From Eledone cirrhosa (taxonomy: Eukaryota), in the NCBI GenBank assembly GCA_964016885.1, contig OZ024743.1, forward strand, positions 211,606,001-211,670,000: a stretch of DNA of 64,000 nt, given 5' to 3'. The translations under genes were made by a program, and so were the position numbers. The notes under the pieces are model-generated. The model did not search any database and had not been told where the DNA came from. It was given only the letters and a program-made list of their open reading frames with translations. Shown here one piece after another: positions 28,155 through 39,600 of the stretch. Position 1 is the stretch's first letter. The number at the start of each line of letters is the position of its first letter.

Positions 28155-31100
28155 TGGTTCCACAGCCACAACTATTGATTTTAAGGAGATATCTTGCTGA
28201 AATTCACGCCACACATAGCCAATGAGTGTCTGCACATGTACCAGTAATTACAGATCGATCCGACCACGGGCGGCCGGCCCGCGATTGAAAAGGTAACTCC
28301 GCCGGCAAATCGTCATTTTTGTGATCCGTTTTCTTCGAAGCACACCATTCGCCGCCGGACTTCAGCTGCCTCATTTAGCATGGGCAGTCTTTTTTGAAAA
28401 TCACACCACACACAACCAATGTGTGTCTGCACATGTACCAGTAATTACAGATCGATCCGACCACGGGCGGCCGGCCCGCGATTGAAAAGGTAACTCCGCC
28501 GGCAAATCGTCATTTTTGTGATTCGTTTTCTTCGAAGCACACCATTCGCCGCCGGACTTCAGCTGCCTCATTTAGCATGGGCAGTTTTTTTGAAAATCAC
28601 ACCACACACAACCAATGTGTGTCTGCACATGTACCAGTAATTACAGATCGATCCCACCACGAGTTCAATGTAAACAAACTTACGCTCAACGACTTTGTTG
28701 ACGTTTAACACGGTTTGGTTCCACAGCCACAACTATTGATTTTACGGAGATATCTTGCTGAAATTCACGCCACACATAGCCAATGAGTGTCTGCACATGT
28801 ACCAGTAATTACAGATCGATCCGACCAGGGGCGGCCGGCCCGCGATTGAAAAGGTAACTCCGCCGGCAAATCGTCATTTTTGTGATTCGTTTTCTTCGAA
28901 GCACACCATTCGCCGGCGGACTTTGTTGACGTTTAACACGGTTTGGTTCCACAGCCACAACTATTGATTTTAAGGAGATATCTTGCTGAGATTCACGCCA
29001 CACATAGCCAATGAGTGTCTGCACATGTACCAGTAATTACAGATGGATCCCACCACGGGCGGCCGGCCCACAATCGAAAAGGTTACTCCGCCTGCAAATC
29101 GTCATTTTCGGATTCGTTTTCTTCGAAGCACACCATTCGCCGGCGGACTTCAGCTGCCTCATTTAGCATGGGCAGTTTTTCTTGAAGATCACACCACACA
29201 CAGCCAATGAGTGTCTGCACATGTACCAGTAATTAGAGATCGATCCGACCACGGGCGGCCGGCCCACGATCGAGAAAAAGGTAACTCCGCCGGCAAATCG
29301 TCATTTTTGTGATCCGTTTTCTTCGAAGCACACCATTCGCCGCCGGACTTCAGCTGCCTCATTTAGCATGGGCAGTTTTTTTTGAAAATCACACCACACA
29401 CAACCAATGTGTGTCTAAACATGTACCAGTAATTACAGATCGATCCGACCACGGGCGGCCGGCCCGCGATTGAAAAGGTAACTCCGCCGGCAAATCGTCA
29501 TTTTTGTGATTCGTTTTCTTCGAAGCACACCATTCGCCGCCGGACTTTGTTGACGTTTAACACGGTTTGGTTCCACAGCCACAACTATTGATTTTAAGGA
29601 GATATCTTGCTGAAATTCACGCCACACATAGCCAATGAGTGTCTGCACATGTACCAGTAATTACAGATCGATCCGACCACGGGCGGCCGGCCCGCGATTG
29701 AAAAAGTAACTCCGCCGGCAAATCGTCATTTTTGTGATCCGTTTTCTTCGAAGCACACCATTCGCCGCCGGACTTCAGCTGCCTCATTTAGCATGGGCTG
29801 TTTTTTTTGAAAATCACACCACACACAACCAATGTGTGTCTGCACATGTACCAGTAATTACAGATCGATCCCCCCACGGGCGGCCGGCCCACAATCGAAA
29901 AGGTTACTCCGCCTGCAAATCGTCATTTTCGGATTCGTTTTCTTCGAAGCACTCCATTCGCCGGCGGACTTCAGCTGCCTCATTTAGCATGGGCAGTTTT
30001 TCTTGAAGATCACACCACACACAGCCAATGAGTGTCTGCACATGTACCAGTAATTAGAGATCGATCCGACCACGGGCGGCCGGCCCACGATCGAGAAAAA
30101 GGTAACTCCGCCGGCAAATCGTCATTTTTGTGATCCGTTTTCTTCGAAGCACACCATTCGCCGCCGGACTTCAGCTGCCTCATTTAGCATGGGCAGTTTT
30201 TTTTGAAAATCACACCACACACAACCAATGTGTGTCTGCACATGTACCAGTAATTACAGATCGATCTGACCACGGGCGGCCGGCCCGCGATTGAAAAGGT
30301 AACTCCGCCGGCAAATCGTCATTTTTGTGATTCGTTTTCTTCGAAGCACACCATTCGCCGCCGGACTTCAGCTGCCTCATTTAGCATGGGCAGTTTTTTT
30401 TGAAAATCATACCACACACAACCAATGTGTGTCTGCACATGTACCAGTAATTACAGATCGATCCCACCACGAGTTCAATGTAAACAAACTTACGCTCAAC
30501 GACTTTGTTGACGTTTAACACGGTTTGGTTCCACAGCCACAACTATTGATTTTACGGAGATATCTTGCTGAAATTCACGCCACACATAGCCAATGAGTGT
30601 CTGCACATGTACCAGTAATTACAGATCGATGCGACCAGGGGCGGCCGGCCCGCGATTGAAAAGGTAACTCCGCCGGCAAATCGTCATTTTTGTGATTCGT
30701 TTTCTTCGAAGCACACCATTCGCCGGCGGACTTTGTTGACGTTTAACACGGTTTGGTTCCACAGCCACAACTATTGATTTTAAGGAGATATCTTGCTGAA
30801 ATTCACGCCACACATAGCCAATGAGTGTCTGCACATGTAGCAGTAATTACAGATCGATCCGACCACGGACGGCCGGCCCGCGATTGAAAAGGTAACTCCG
30901 CCGGCAAATCGTCATTTTTGGATTCGTTTTCTTCGAAGCACACCATTCGCCGGCGGACTTTGTTGACGTTTAACACGGTTTGGTTCCACAGCCACAACTA
31001 TTGATTTTAAGGAGATATCTTGCTGAGATTCACGCCACACATAGCCAATGAGTGTCTGCACATGTACCAGTAATTACAGATGGATCCCACCACGGGCGGC

Positions 31101-34100
31101 CGGCCCACAATCGAAAAGGTTACTCCGCCTGCAAATCGTCATTTTCGGATTCGTTTTCTTCGAAGCACACCATTCGCCGGCGGACTTCAGCTGCCTCATT
31201 TAGCATGGGCAGTTTTTCTTGAAGATCACACCACACACAGCCAATGAGTGTCTGCACATGTACCAGTAATTACAGATGGATCCCACCACGGGCGGCCGGC
31301 CCACAATCGGAAAGGTTACTCCGCCTGCAAATCGTCATTTTCGGATTCGTTTTCTTCGAAGCACACCATTCGCCGGCGGACTTCAGCTGCCTCATTTAGC
31401 ATGGGCAGTTTTTCTTGAAGATCACACCACACACAGCCAATGAGTGTCTGCACATGTACCAGTAATTAGAGATCGATCCGACCACGGGCGGCCGGCCCAC
31501 GATCGAGAAAAAGGTAACTCCGCCGGCAAATCGTCATTTTTGTGATCCGTTTTCTTCGAAGCACACCATTCGCCGCCGGACTTCAGCTGCCTCATTTAGC
31601 ATGGGCAGTTTTTTTTGAAAATCACACCACACACAACCAATGTGTGTCTGCACATGTACCAGTAATTACAGATCGATCCGACCACGGGCGGCCGGCCCGC
31701 GATTGAAAAGGTAACTCCGCCGGCAAATCGTCATTTTTGTGATTCGTTTTCTTCGAAGCACACCATTCGCCGCCGGACTTCAGCTGCCTCATTTAGCATG
31801 GGCAGTTTTTTTGAAAATCACACCACACACAACCAATGTGTGTCTGCACATGTACCAGTAATTACAGATCGATCCCACCACGAGTTCAATGTAAACAAAC
31901 TTACGCTCAACGACTTTGTTGACGTTTAACACGGTTTGGTTCCACAGCCACAACTATTGATTTTACGGAGATATCTTGCTGAAATTCACGCCACACATAG
32001 CCAATGAGTGTCTGCACATGTACCAGTAATTACAGATCGATCCGACCAGGGGCGGCCGGCCCGCGATTGAAAAGGTAACTCCGCCGGCAAATCGTCATTT
32101 TTGTGATTCGTTTTCTTCGAAGCACACCATTCGCCGGCGGACTTTGTTGACGTTTAACACGGTTTGGTTCCACAGCCACAACTATTGATTTTAAGGAGAT
32201 ATCTTGCTGAGATTCACGCCACACATAGCCAATGAGTGTCTGCACATGTACCAGTAATTACAGATGGATCCCACCACGGGCGGCCGGCCCACAATCGAAA
32301 AGGTTACTCCGCCTGCAAATCGTCATTTTCGGATTCGTTTTCTTCGAAGCACACCATTCGCCGGCGGACTTCAGCTGCCTCATTTAGCATGGGCAGTTTT
32401 TCTTGAAGATCACACCACACACAGCCAATGAGTGTCTGCACATGTACCAGTAATTACAGATGGATCCCACCACGGGCGGCCGGCCCACAATCTGAAAGGT
32501 TACTCCGCCTGCAAATCGTCATTTTCGGATTCGTTTTCTTCGAAGCACACCATTCGCCGGCGGACTTCAGCTGCCTCATTTAGCATGGGCAGTTTTTCTT
32601 GAAGATCAGACCACACACAGCCAATGAGTGTCTGCACATGTACCAGTAATTAGAGATCGATCCGACCACGGGCGGCCGGCCCACGATCGAGAAAAAGGTA
32701 ACTCCGCCGGCAAATCGTCATTTTTGTGATCCGTTTTCTTCGAAGCACACCATTCGCCGCCGGACTTCAGCTGCCTCATTTAGCATGGGCAGTTTTTTTT
32801 GAAAATCACACCACACACAACCAATGTGTGTCTGCACATGTACCAGTAATTACAGATCGATCCCACCACGAGTTCAATGTAAACTAACTTACGCTCAACG
32901 ACTTTGTTGACGTTTAACACGGTTTGGTTCCACAGCCACAACTATTGATTTTAAAGAGATATCTTGCTGAAATTCACGCCACACATAGCCAATGAGTGTC
33001 TGCACATGTACCAGTAATTACAGATCGATCCGACCAGGGGCGGCCGGCCCACAATCGAAAAGGTTACTCCGCCTGCAAATCGTCATTTTCGGATTCGTTT
33101 TCTTCGAAGCACACCATTCGCCGCCGGACTTCAGCTGCCTCATTTAGCATGGGCAGTTTTTTTTGAAAATCACACCACACACAACCAATGTGTGTCTGCA
33201 CATGTACCAGTAATTACAGATCGATCCCCCCACGGGCGGCCGGCCCACAATCGAAAAGGTTACTCCGCCTGCAAATCGTCATTTTCGGATTCGTTTTCTT
33301 CGAAGCACACCATTCGCCGGCGGACTTCAGCTGCCTCATTTAGCATGGGCAGTTTTTCTTGAAGATCACACCACACACAGCCAATGAGTGTCTGCACATG
33401 TACCAGTAATTAGAGATCGATCCGACCACGGGCGGCCGGCCCACGATCGAGAAAAAGGTAACTCCGCCGGCAAATCGTCATTTTTGTGATCCGTTTTCTT
33501 CGAAGCACACCATTCGCCGCCGGACTTCAGCTGCCTCAGTTAGCATGGGCAGTTTTTTTTGAAAATCACACCACACACAACCAATGTGTGTCTGCACATG
33601 TACCAGTAATTACAGATCGATCTGACCACGGGCGGCCGGCCCGCGATTGAAAAGGTAACTCCGCCGGCAAATCGTCATTTTTGTGATTCGTTTTCTTCGA
33701 AGCACACCATTCGCCGCCGGACTTCAGCTGCCTCATTTAGCATGGGCAGTTTTTTTGAAAATCACACCACACACAACCAATGTGTGTCTGCACATGTACC
33801 AGTAATTACAGATCGATCCCACCACGAGTTCAATGTAAACAAACTTACGCTCAACGACTTTGTTGACGTTTAACACGGTTTGGTTCCACAGCCACAACTA
33901 TTGATTTTACGGAGATATCTTGCTGAAATTCACGCCACACATAGCCAATGAGTGTCTGCACATGTACCAGTAATTACAGATCGATCCGACCAGGGGCGGC
34001 CGGCCCGCGATTGAAAAGGTAACTCCGCCGGCAAATCGTCATTTTTGTGATTCGTTTTCTTCGAAGCACACCATTCGCCGGCGGACTTTGTTGACGTTTA

Positions 34101-36699
34101 ACACGGTTTGGTTCCACAGCCACAACTATTGATTTTAAGGAGATATCTTGCTGAGATTCACGCCACACATAGCCAATGAGTGTCTGCACATGTACCAGTA
34201 ATTACAGATCGATCCGACCACGGACGGCCGGCCCGCGATTGAAAAGGTAACTCCGCCGGCAAATCGTCATTTTTGGATTCGTTTTCTTCGAAGCACACCA
34301 TTCGCCGGCGGACTTTGTTGACGTTTAACACGGTTTGGTTCCACAGCCACAACTATTGATTTTAAGGAGATATCTTGCTGAGATTCACGCCACACATAGC
34401 CAATGAGTGTCTGCACATGTACCAGTAATTACAGATGGATCCCACCACGGGCGGCCGGCCCGCAATCGAAAAGGTTACTCCGCCTGCAAATCGTCATTTT
34501 CGGATTCGTTTTCTTCGAAGCACACCATTCGCCGGCGGACTTCAGCTGCCTCATTTAGCATGGGCAGTTTTTCTTGAAGATCACACCACACACAGCCAAT
34601 GAGTGTCTGCACATGTACCAGTAATTACAGATGGATCCCACCACGGGCGGCCGGCCCACAATCTGAAAGGTTACTCAGCCTGCAAATCGTCATTTTCGGA
34701 TTCGTTTTCTTCGAAGCACACCATTCGCCGGCGGACTTCAGCTGCCTCATTTAGCATGGGCAGTTTTTCTTGAAGATCAGACCACACACAGCCAATGAGT
34801 GTCTGCACATGTACCAGTAATTAGAGATCGATCCGACCACGGGCGGCCGGCCCACGATCGAGAAAAAGGTAACTCCGCCGGCAAATCGTCATTTTTGTGA
34901 TCCGTTTTCTTCGAAGCACACCATTCGCCGCCGGACTTCAGCTGCCTCATTTAGCATGGGCAGTTTTTTTTGAAAATCACACCACACACAACCAATGTGT
35001 GTCTGCACATGTACCAGTAATTACAGATCGATCCCACCACGAGTTCAATGTAAACTAACTTACGCTCAACGACTTTGTTGACGTTTAACACGGTTTGGTT
35101 CCACAGCCACAACTATTGATTTTAAGGAGATATCTTGCTGAAATTCACGCCACACATAGCCAATGAGTGTCTGCACATGTACCAGTAATTACAGATCGAT
35201 CCGACCAGGGGCGGCCGGCCCACAATCGAAAAGGTTACTCCGCCTGCAAATCGTCATTTTCGGATTCGTTTTCTTCGAAGCACACCATTCGCCGCCGGAC
35301 TTCAGCTGCCTCATTTAGCATGGGCAGTTTTTTTTGAAAATCACACCACACACAACCAATGTGTGTCTGCACATGTACCAGTAATTACAGATCGATCCCC
35401 CCACGGGCGGCCGGCCCACAATCGAAAAGGTTACTCCGCCTGCAAATCGTCATTTTCGGATTCGTTTTCTTCGAAGCACACCATTCGCCGGCGGACTTCA
35501 GCTGCCTCATTTAGCATGGGCAGTTTTTCTTGAAGATCACACCACACACAGCCAATGAGTGTCTGCACATGTACCAGTAATTAGAGATCGATCCGACCAC
35601 GGGCGGCCGGCCCACGATCGAGAAAAAGGTAACTCCGCCGGCAAATCGTCATTTTTGTGATCCGTTTTCTTCGAAGCACACCATTCGCCGCCGGACTTCA
35701 GCTGCCTCAGTTAGCATGGGCAGTTTTTTTTGAAAATCACACCACACACAACCAATGTGTGTCTGCACATGTACCAGTAATTACAGATCGATCTGACCAC
35801 GGGCGGCCGGCCCGCGATTGAAAAGGTAACTCCGCCGGCAAATCGTCATTTTTGTGATTCGTTTTCTTCGAAGCACACCATTCGCCGCCGGACTTCAGCT
35901 GCCTCATTTAGCATGGGCAGTTTTTTTGGAAAATCACACCACACACAACCAATGTGTGTCTGCACATGTACCAGTAATTACAGATCGATCCCACCACGAG
36001 TTCAATGTAAACAAACTTACGCTCAACGACTTTGTTGACGTTTAACATGGTTTGGTTCCACAGCCACAACTATTGATTTTACGGAGATATCTTGCTGAAA
36101 TTCACGCCACACATAGCCAATGAGTGTCTGCACATGTACCAGTAATTACAGATCGATCCGACCACGGGCGGCCGGCCCGCGATTGAAAAGGTAACTCCGC
36201 CGGCAAATCGTCATTTTTGTGATCCGTTTTCTTCGAAGCACACCATTCGCCGCCGGACTTCAGCTGCCTCATTTAGCATGGGCAGTCTTTTTTGAAAATC
36301 ACACCACACACAACCAATGTGTGTCTGCACATGTACCAGTAATTACAGATCGATCCGACCACGGGCAGCCGGCCCGCGATTGAAAAGGTAACTCCGCCGG
36401 CAAATCGTCATTTTTGTGATTCGTTTTCTTCGAAGCACACCATTCGCCGCCGGACTTCAGCTGCCTCATTTAGCATGGGCAGTTTTTTTGAAAATCACAC
36501 CACACACAACCAATGTGTGTCTGCACATGTACCAGTAATTACAGATCGATCCCACCACGAGTTCAATGTAAACAAACTTACGCTCAACGACTTTGTTGAC
36601 GTTTAACACGGTTTGGTTCCACAGCCACAACTATTGATTTTACGGAGATATCTTGCTGAAATTCACGCCACACATAGCCAATGAGTGTCTGCACATGTA

Positions 36700-39600
36700 C
36701 CAGTAATTACAGATCGATCCGACCAGGGGCGGCCGGCCCGCGATTGAAAAGGTAACTCCGCCGGCAAATCGTCATTTTTGTGATTCGTTTTCTTCGAAGC
36801 ACACCATTCGCCGGCGGACTTTGTTGACGTTTAACACGGTTTGGTTCCACAGCCACAACTATTGATTTTAAGGAGATATCTTGCTGAGATTCACGCCACA
36901 CATAGCCAATGAGTGTCTGCACATGTACCAGTAATTAGAGATCGATCCGACCACGGGCGGCCGGCCCACGATCGAGAAAAAGGTAACTCCGCCGGCAAAT
37001 CGTCATTTTTGTGATCCGTTTTCTTCGAAGCACACCATTCGCCGCCGGACTTCAGCTGCCTCATTTAGCATGGGCAGTTTTTTTTGAAAATCACACCACA
37101 CACAACCAATGTGTGTCTGCACATGTACCAGTAATTACAGATCGATCCCACCACGAGTTCAATGTAAACTAACTTACGCTCAACGACTTTGTTGACGTTT
37201 AACACGGTTTGGTTCCACAGCCACAACTATTGATTTTAAGGAGATATCTTGCTGAAATTCACGCCACACATAGCCAATGAGTGTCTGCACATGTACCAGT
37301 AATTACAGATCGATCCGACCAGGGGCGGCCGGCCCACAATCGAAAAGGTTACTCCGCCTGCAAATCGTCATTTTCGGATTCGTTTTCTTCGAAGCACACC
37401 ATTCGCCGCCGGACTTCAGCTGCCTCATTTAGCATGGGCAGTTTTTTTTGAAAATCACACCACACACAACCAATGTGTGTCTGCACATGTACCAGTAATT
37501 ACAGATCGATCCCCCCACGGGCGGCCGGCCCACAATCGAAAAGGTTACTCCGCCTGCAAATCGTCATTTTCGGATTCGTTTTCTTCGAAGCACACCATTC
37601 GCCGGCGGACTTCAGCTGCCTCATTTAGCATGGGCAGTTTTTCTTGAAGATCACACCACACACAGCCAATGAGTGTCTGCACATGTACCAGTAATTACAG
37701 ATCGATCCGACCACGGGCGGCCGGCCCGCGATTGAAAAGGTAACTCCGCCGGCAAATCGTCATTTTTGTGATCCGTTTTCTTCGAAGCACACCATTCGCC
37801 GCCGGACTTCAGCTGCCTCATTTAGCATGGGCAGTCTTTTTTGAAAATCACACCACACACAACCAATGTGTGTCTGCACATGTACCAGTAATTACAGATC
37901 GATCCGACCACGGGCGGCCGGCCCGCGATTGAAAAGGTAACTCCGCCGGCAAATCGTCATTTTTGTGATTCGTTTTCTTCGAAGCACACCATTCGCCGCC
38001 GGACTTCAGCTGCCTCATTTAGCATGGGCAGTTTTTTTGAAAATCACACCACACACAACCAATGTGTGTCTGCACATGTACCAGTAATTACAGATCGATC
38101 CCACCACGAGTTCAATGTAAACAAACTTACGCTCAACGACTTTGTTGACGTTTAACACGGTTTGGTTCCACAGCCACAACTATTGATTTTACGGAGATAT
38201 CTTGCTGAAATTCACGCCACACATAGCCAATGAGTGTCTGCACATGTACCAGTAATTACAGATCGATCCGACCAGGGGCGGCCGGCCCGCGATTGAAAAG
38301 GTAACTCCGCCGGCAAATCGTCATTTTTGTGATTCGTTTTCTTCGAAGCACACCATTCGCCGGCGGACTTTGTTGACGTTTAACACGGTTTGGTTCCACA
38401 GCCACAACTATTGATTTTAAGGAGATATCTTGCTGAGATTCACGCCACACATAGCCAATGAGTGTCTGCACATGTACCAGTAATTACAGATCGATCCGAC
38501 CACGGACGGCCGGCCCGCGATTGAAAAGGTAACTCCGCCGGCAAATCGTCATTTTTGGATTCGTTTTCTTCGAAGCACACCATTCGCCGGCGGACTTTGT
38601 TGACGTTTAACACGGTTTGGTTCCACAGCCACAACTATTGATTTTAAGGAGATATCTTGCTGAGATTCACGCCACACATAGCCAATGAGTGTCTGCACAT
38701 GTACCAGTAATTACAGATGGATCCCACCACGGGCGGCCGGCCCACAATCGAAAAGGTTACTCCGCCTGCAAATCGTCATTTTCGGATTCGTTTTCTTCGA
38801 AGCACACCATTCGCCGGCGGACTTCAGCTGCCTCATTTAGCATGGGCAGTTTTTCTTGAAGATCACACCACACACAGCCAATGAGTGTCTGCACATGTAC
38901 CAGTAATTACAGATGGATCCCACCACGGGCGGCCGGCCCACAATCTGAAAGGTTACTCAGCCTGCAAATCGTCATTTTCGGATTCGTTTTCTTCGAAGCA
39001 CACCATTCGCCGGCGGACTTCAGCTGCCTCATTTAGCATGGGCAGTTTTTCTTGAAGATCAGACCACACACAGCCAATGAGTGTCTGCACATGTACCAGT
39101 AATTAGAGATCGATCCGACCACGGGCGGCCGGCCCACGATCGAGAAAAAGGTAACTCCGCCGGCAAATCGTCATTTTTGTGATCCGTTTTCTTCGAAGCA
39201 CACCATTCGCCGCCGGACTTCAGCTGCCTCATTTAGCATGGGCAGTTTTTTTTGAAAATCACACCACACACAACCAATGTGTGTCTGCACATGTACCAGT
39301 AATTACAGATCGATCCCACCACGAGTTCAATGTAAACTAACTTACGCTCAACGACTTTGTTGACGTTTAACACGGTTTGGTTCCACAGCCACAACTATTG
39401 ATTTTAAGGAGATATCTTGCTGAAATTCACGCCACACATAGCCAATGAGTGTCTGCACATGTACCAGTAATTACAGATCGATCCGACCAGGGGCGGCCGG
39501 CCCACAATCGAAAAGGTTACTCCGCCTGCAAATCGTCATTTTCGGATTCGTTTTCTTCGAAGCACACCATTCGCCGCCGGACTTCAGCTGCCTCATTTAG

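Noticed and set aside
27866-28235. ORFs containing X runs
   Set aside because: They are read through the N gap.
28330-28480. HDV-like ribozyme hints on the minus strand (GGCCGGC start, GGCGAATGG end) and a hammerhead search
   Set aside because: I could not build the P1/P3/L3/P1.1 nested pseudoknot in the required order, and I found no CTGANGA...GAAA core. An Infernal or RNArobo scan would settle this.
28520-28540. CENP-B-box-like ATTCGTTTTCTTCGAAG
   Set aside because: Only 6 of the 9 essential positions of NTTCGNNNNANNCGGGN match, which is too weak to call.
28661-28730. Pol III B-box-like GAGTTCAATG and GGTTCCACAGCC in type C monomers
   Set aside because: The matches to GTTCRANNC are imperfect, with no properly spaced A box or tRNA fold.
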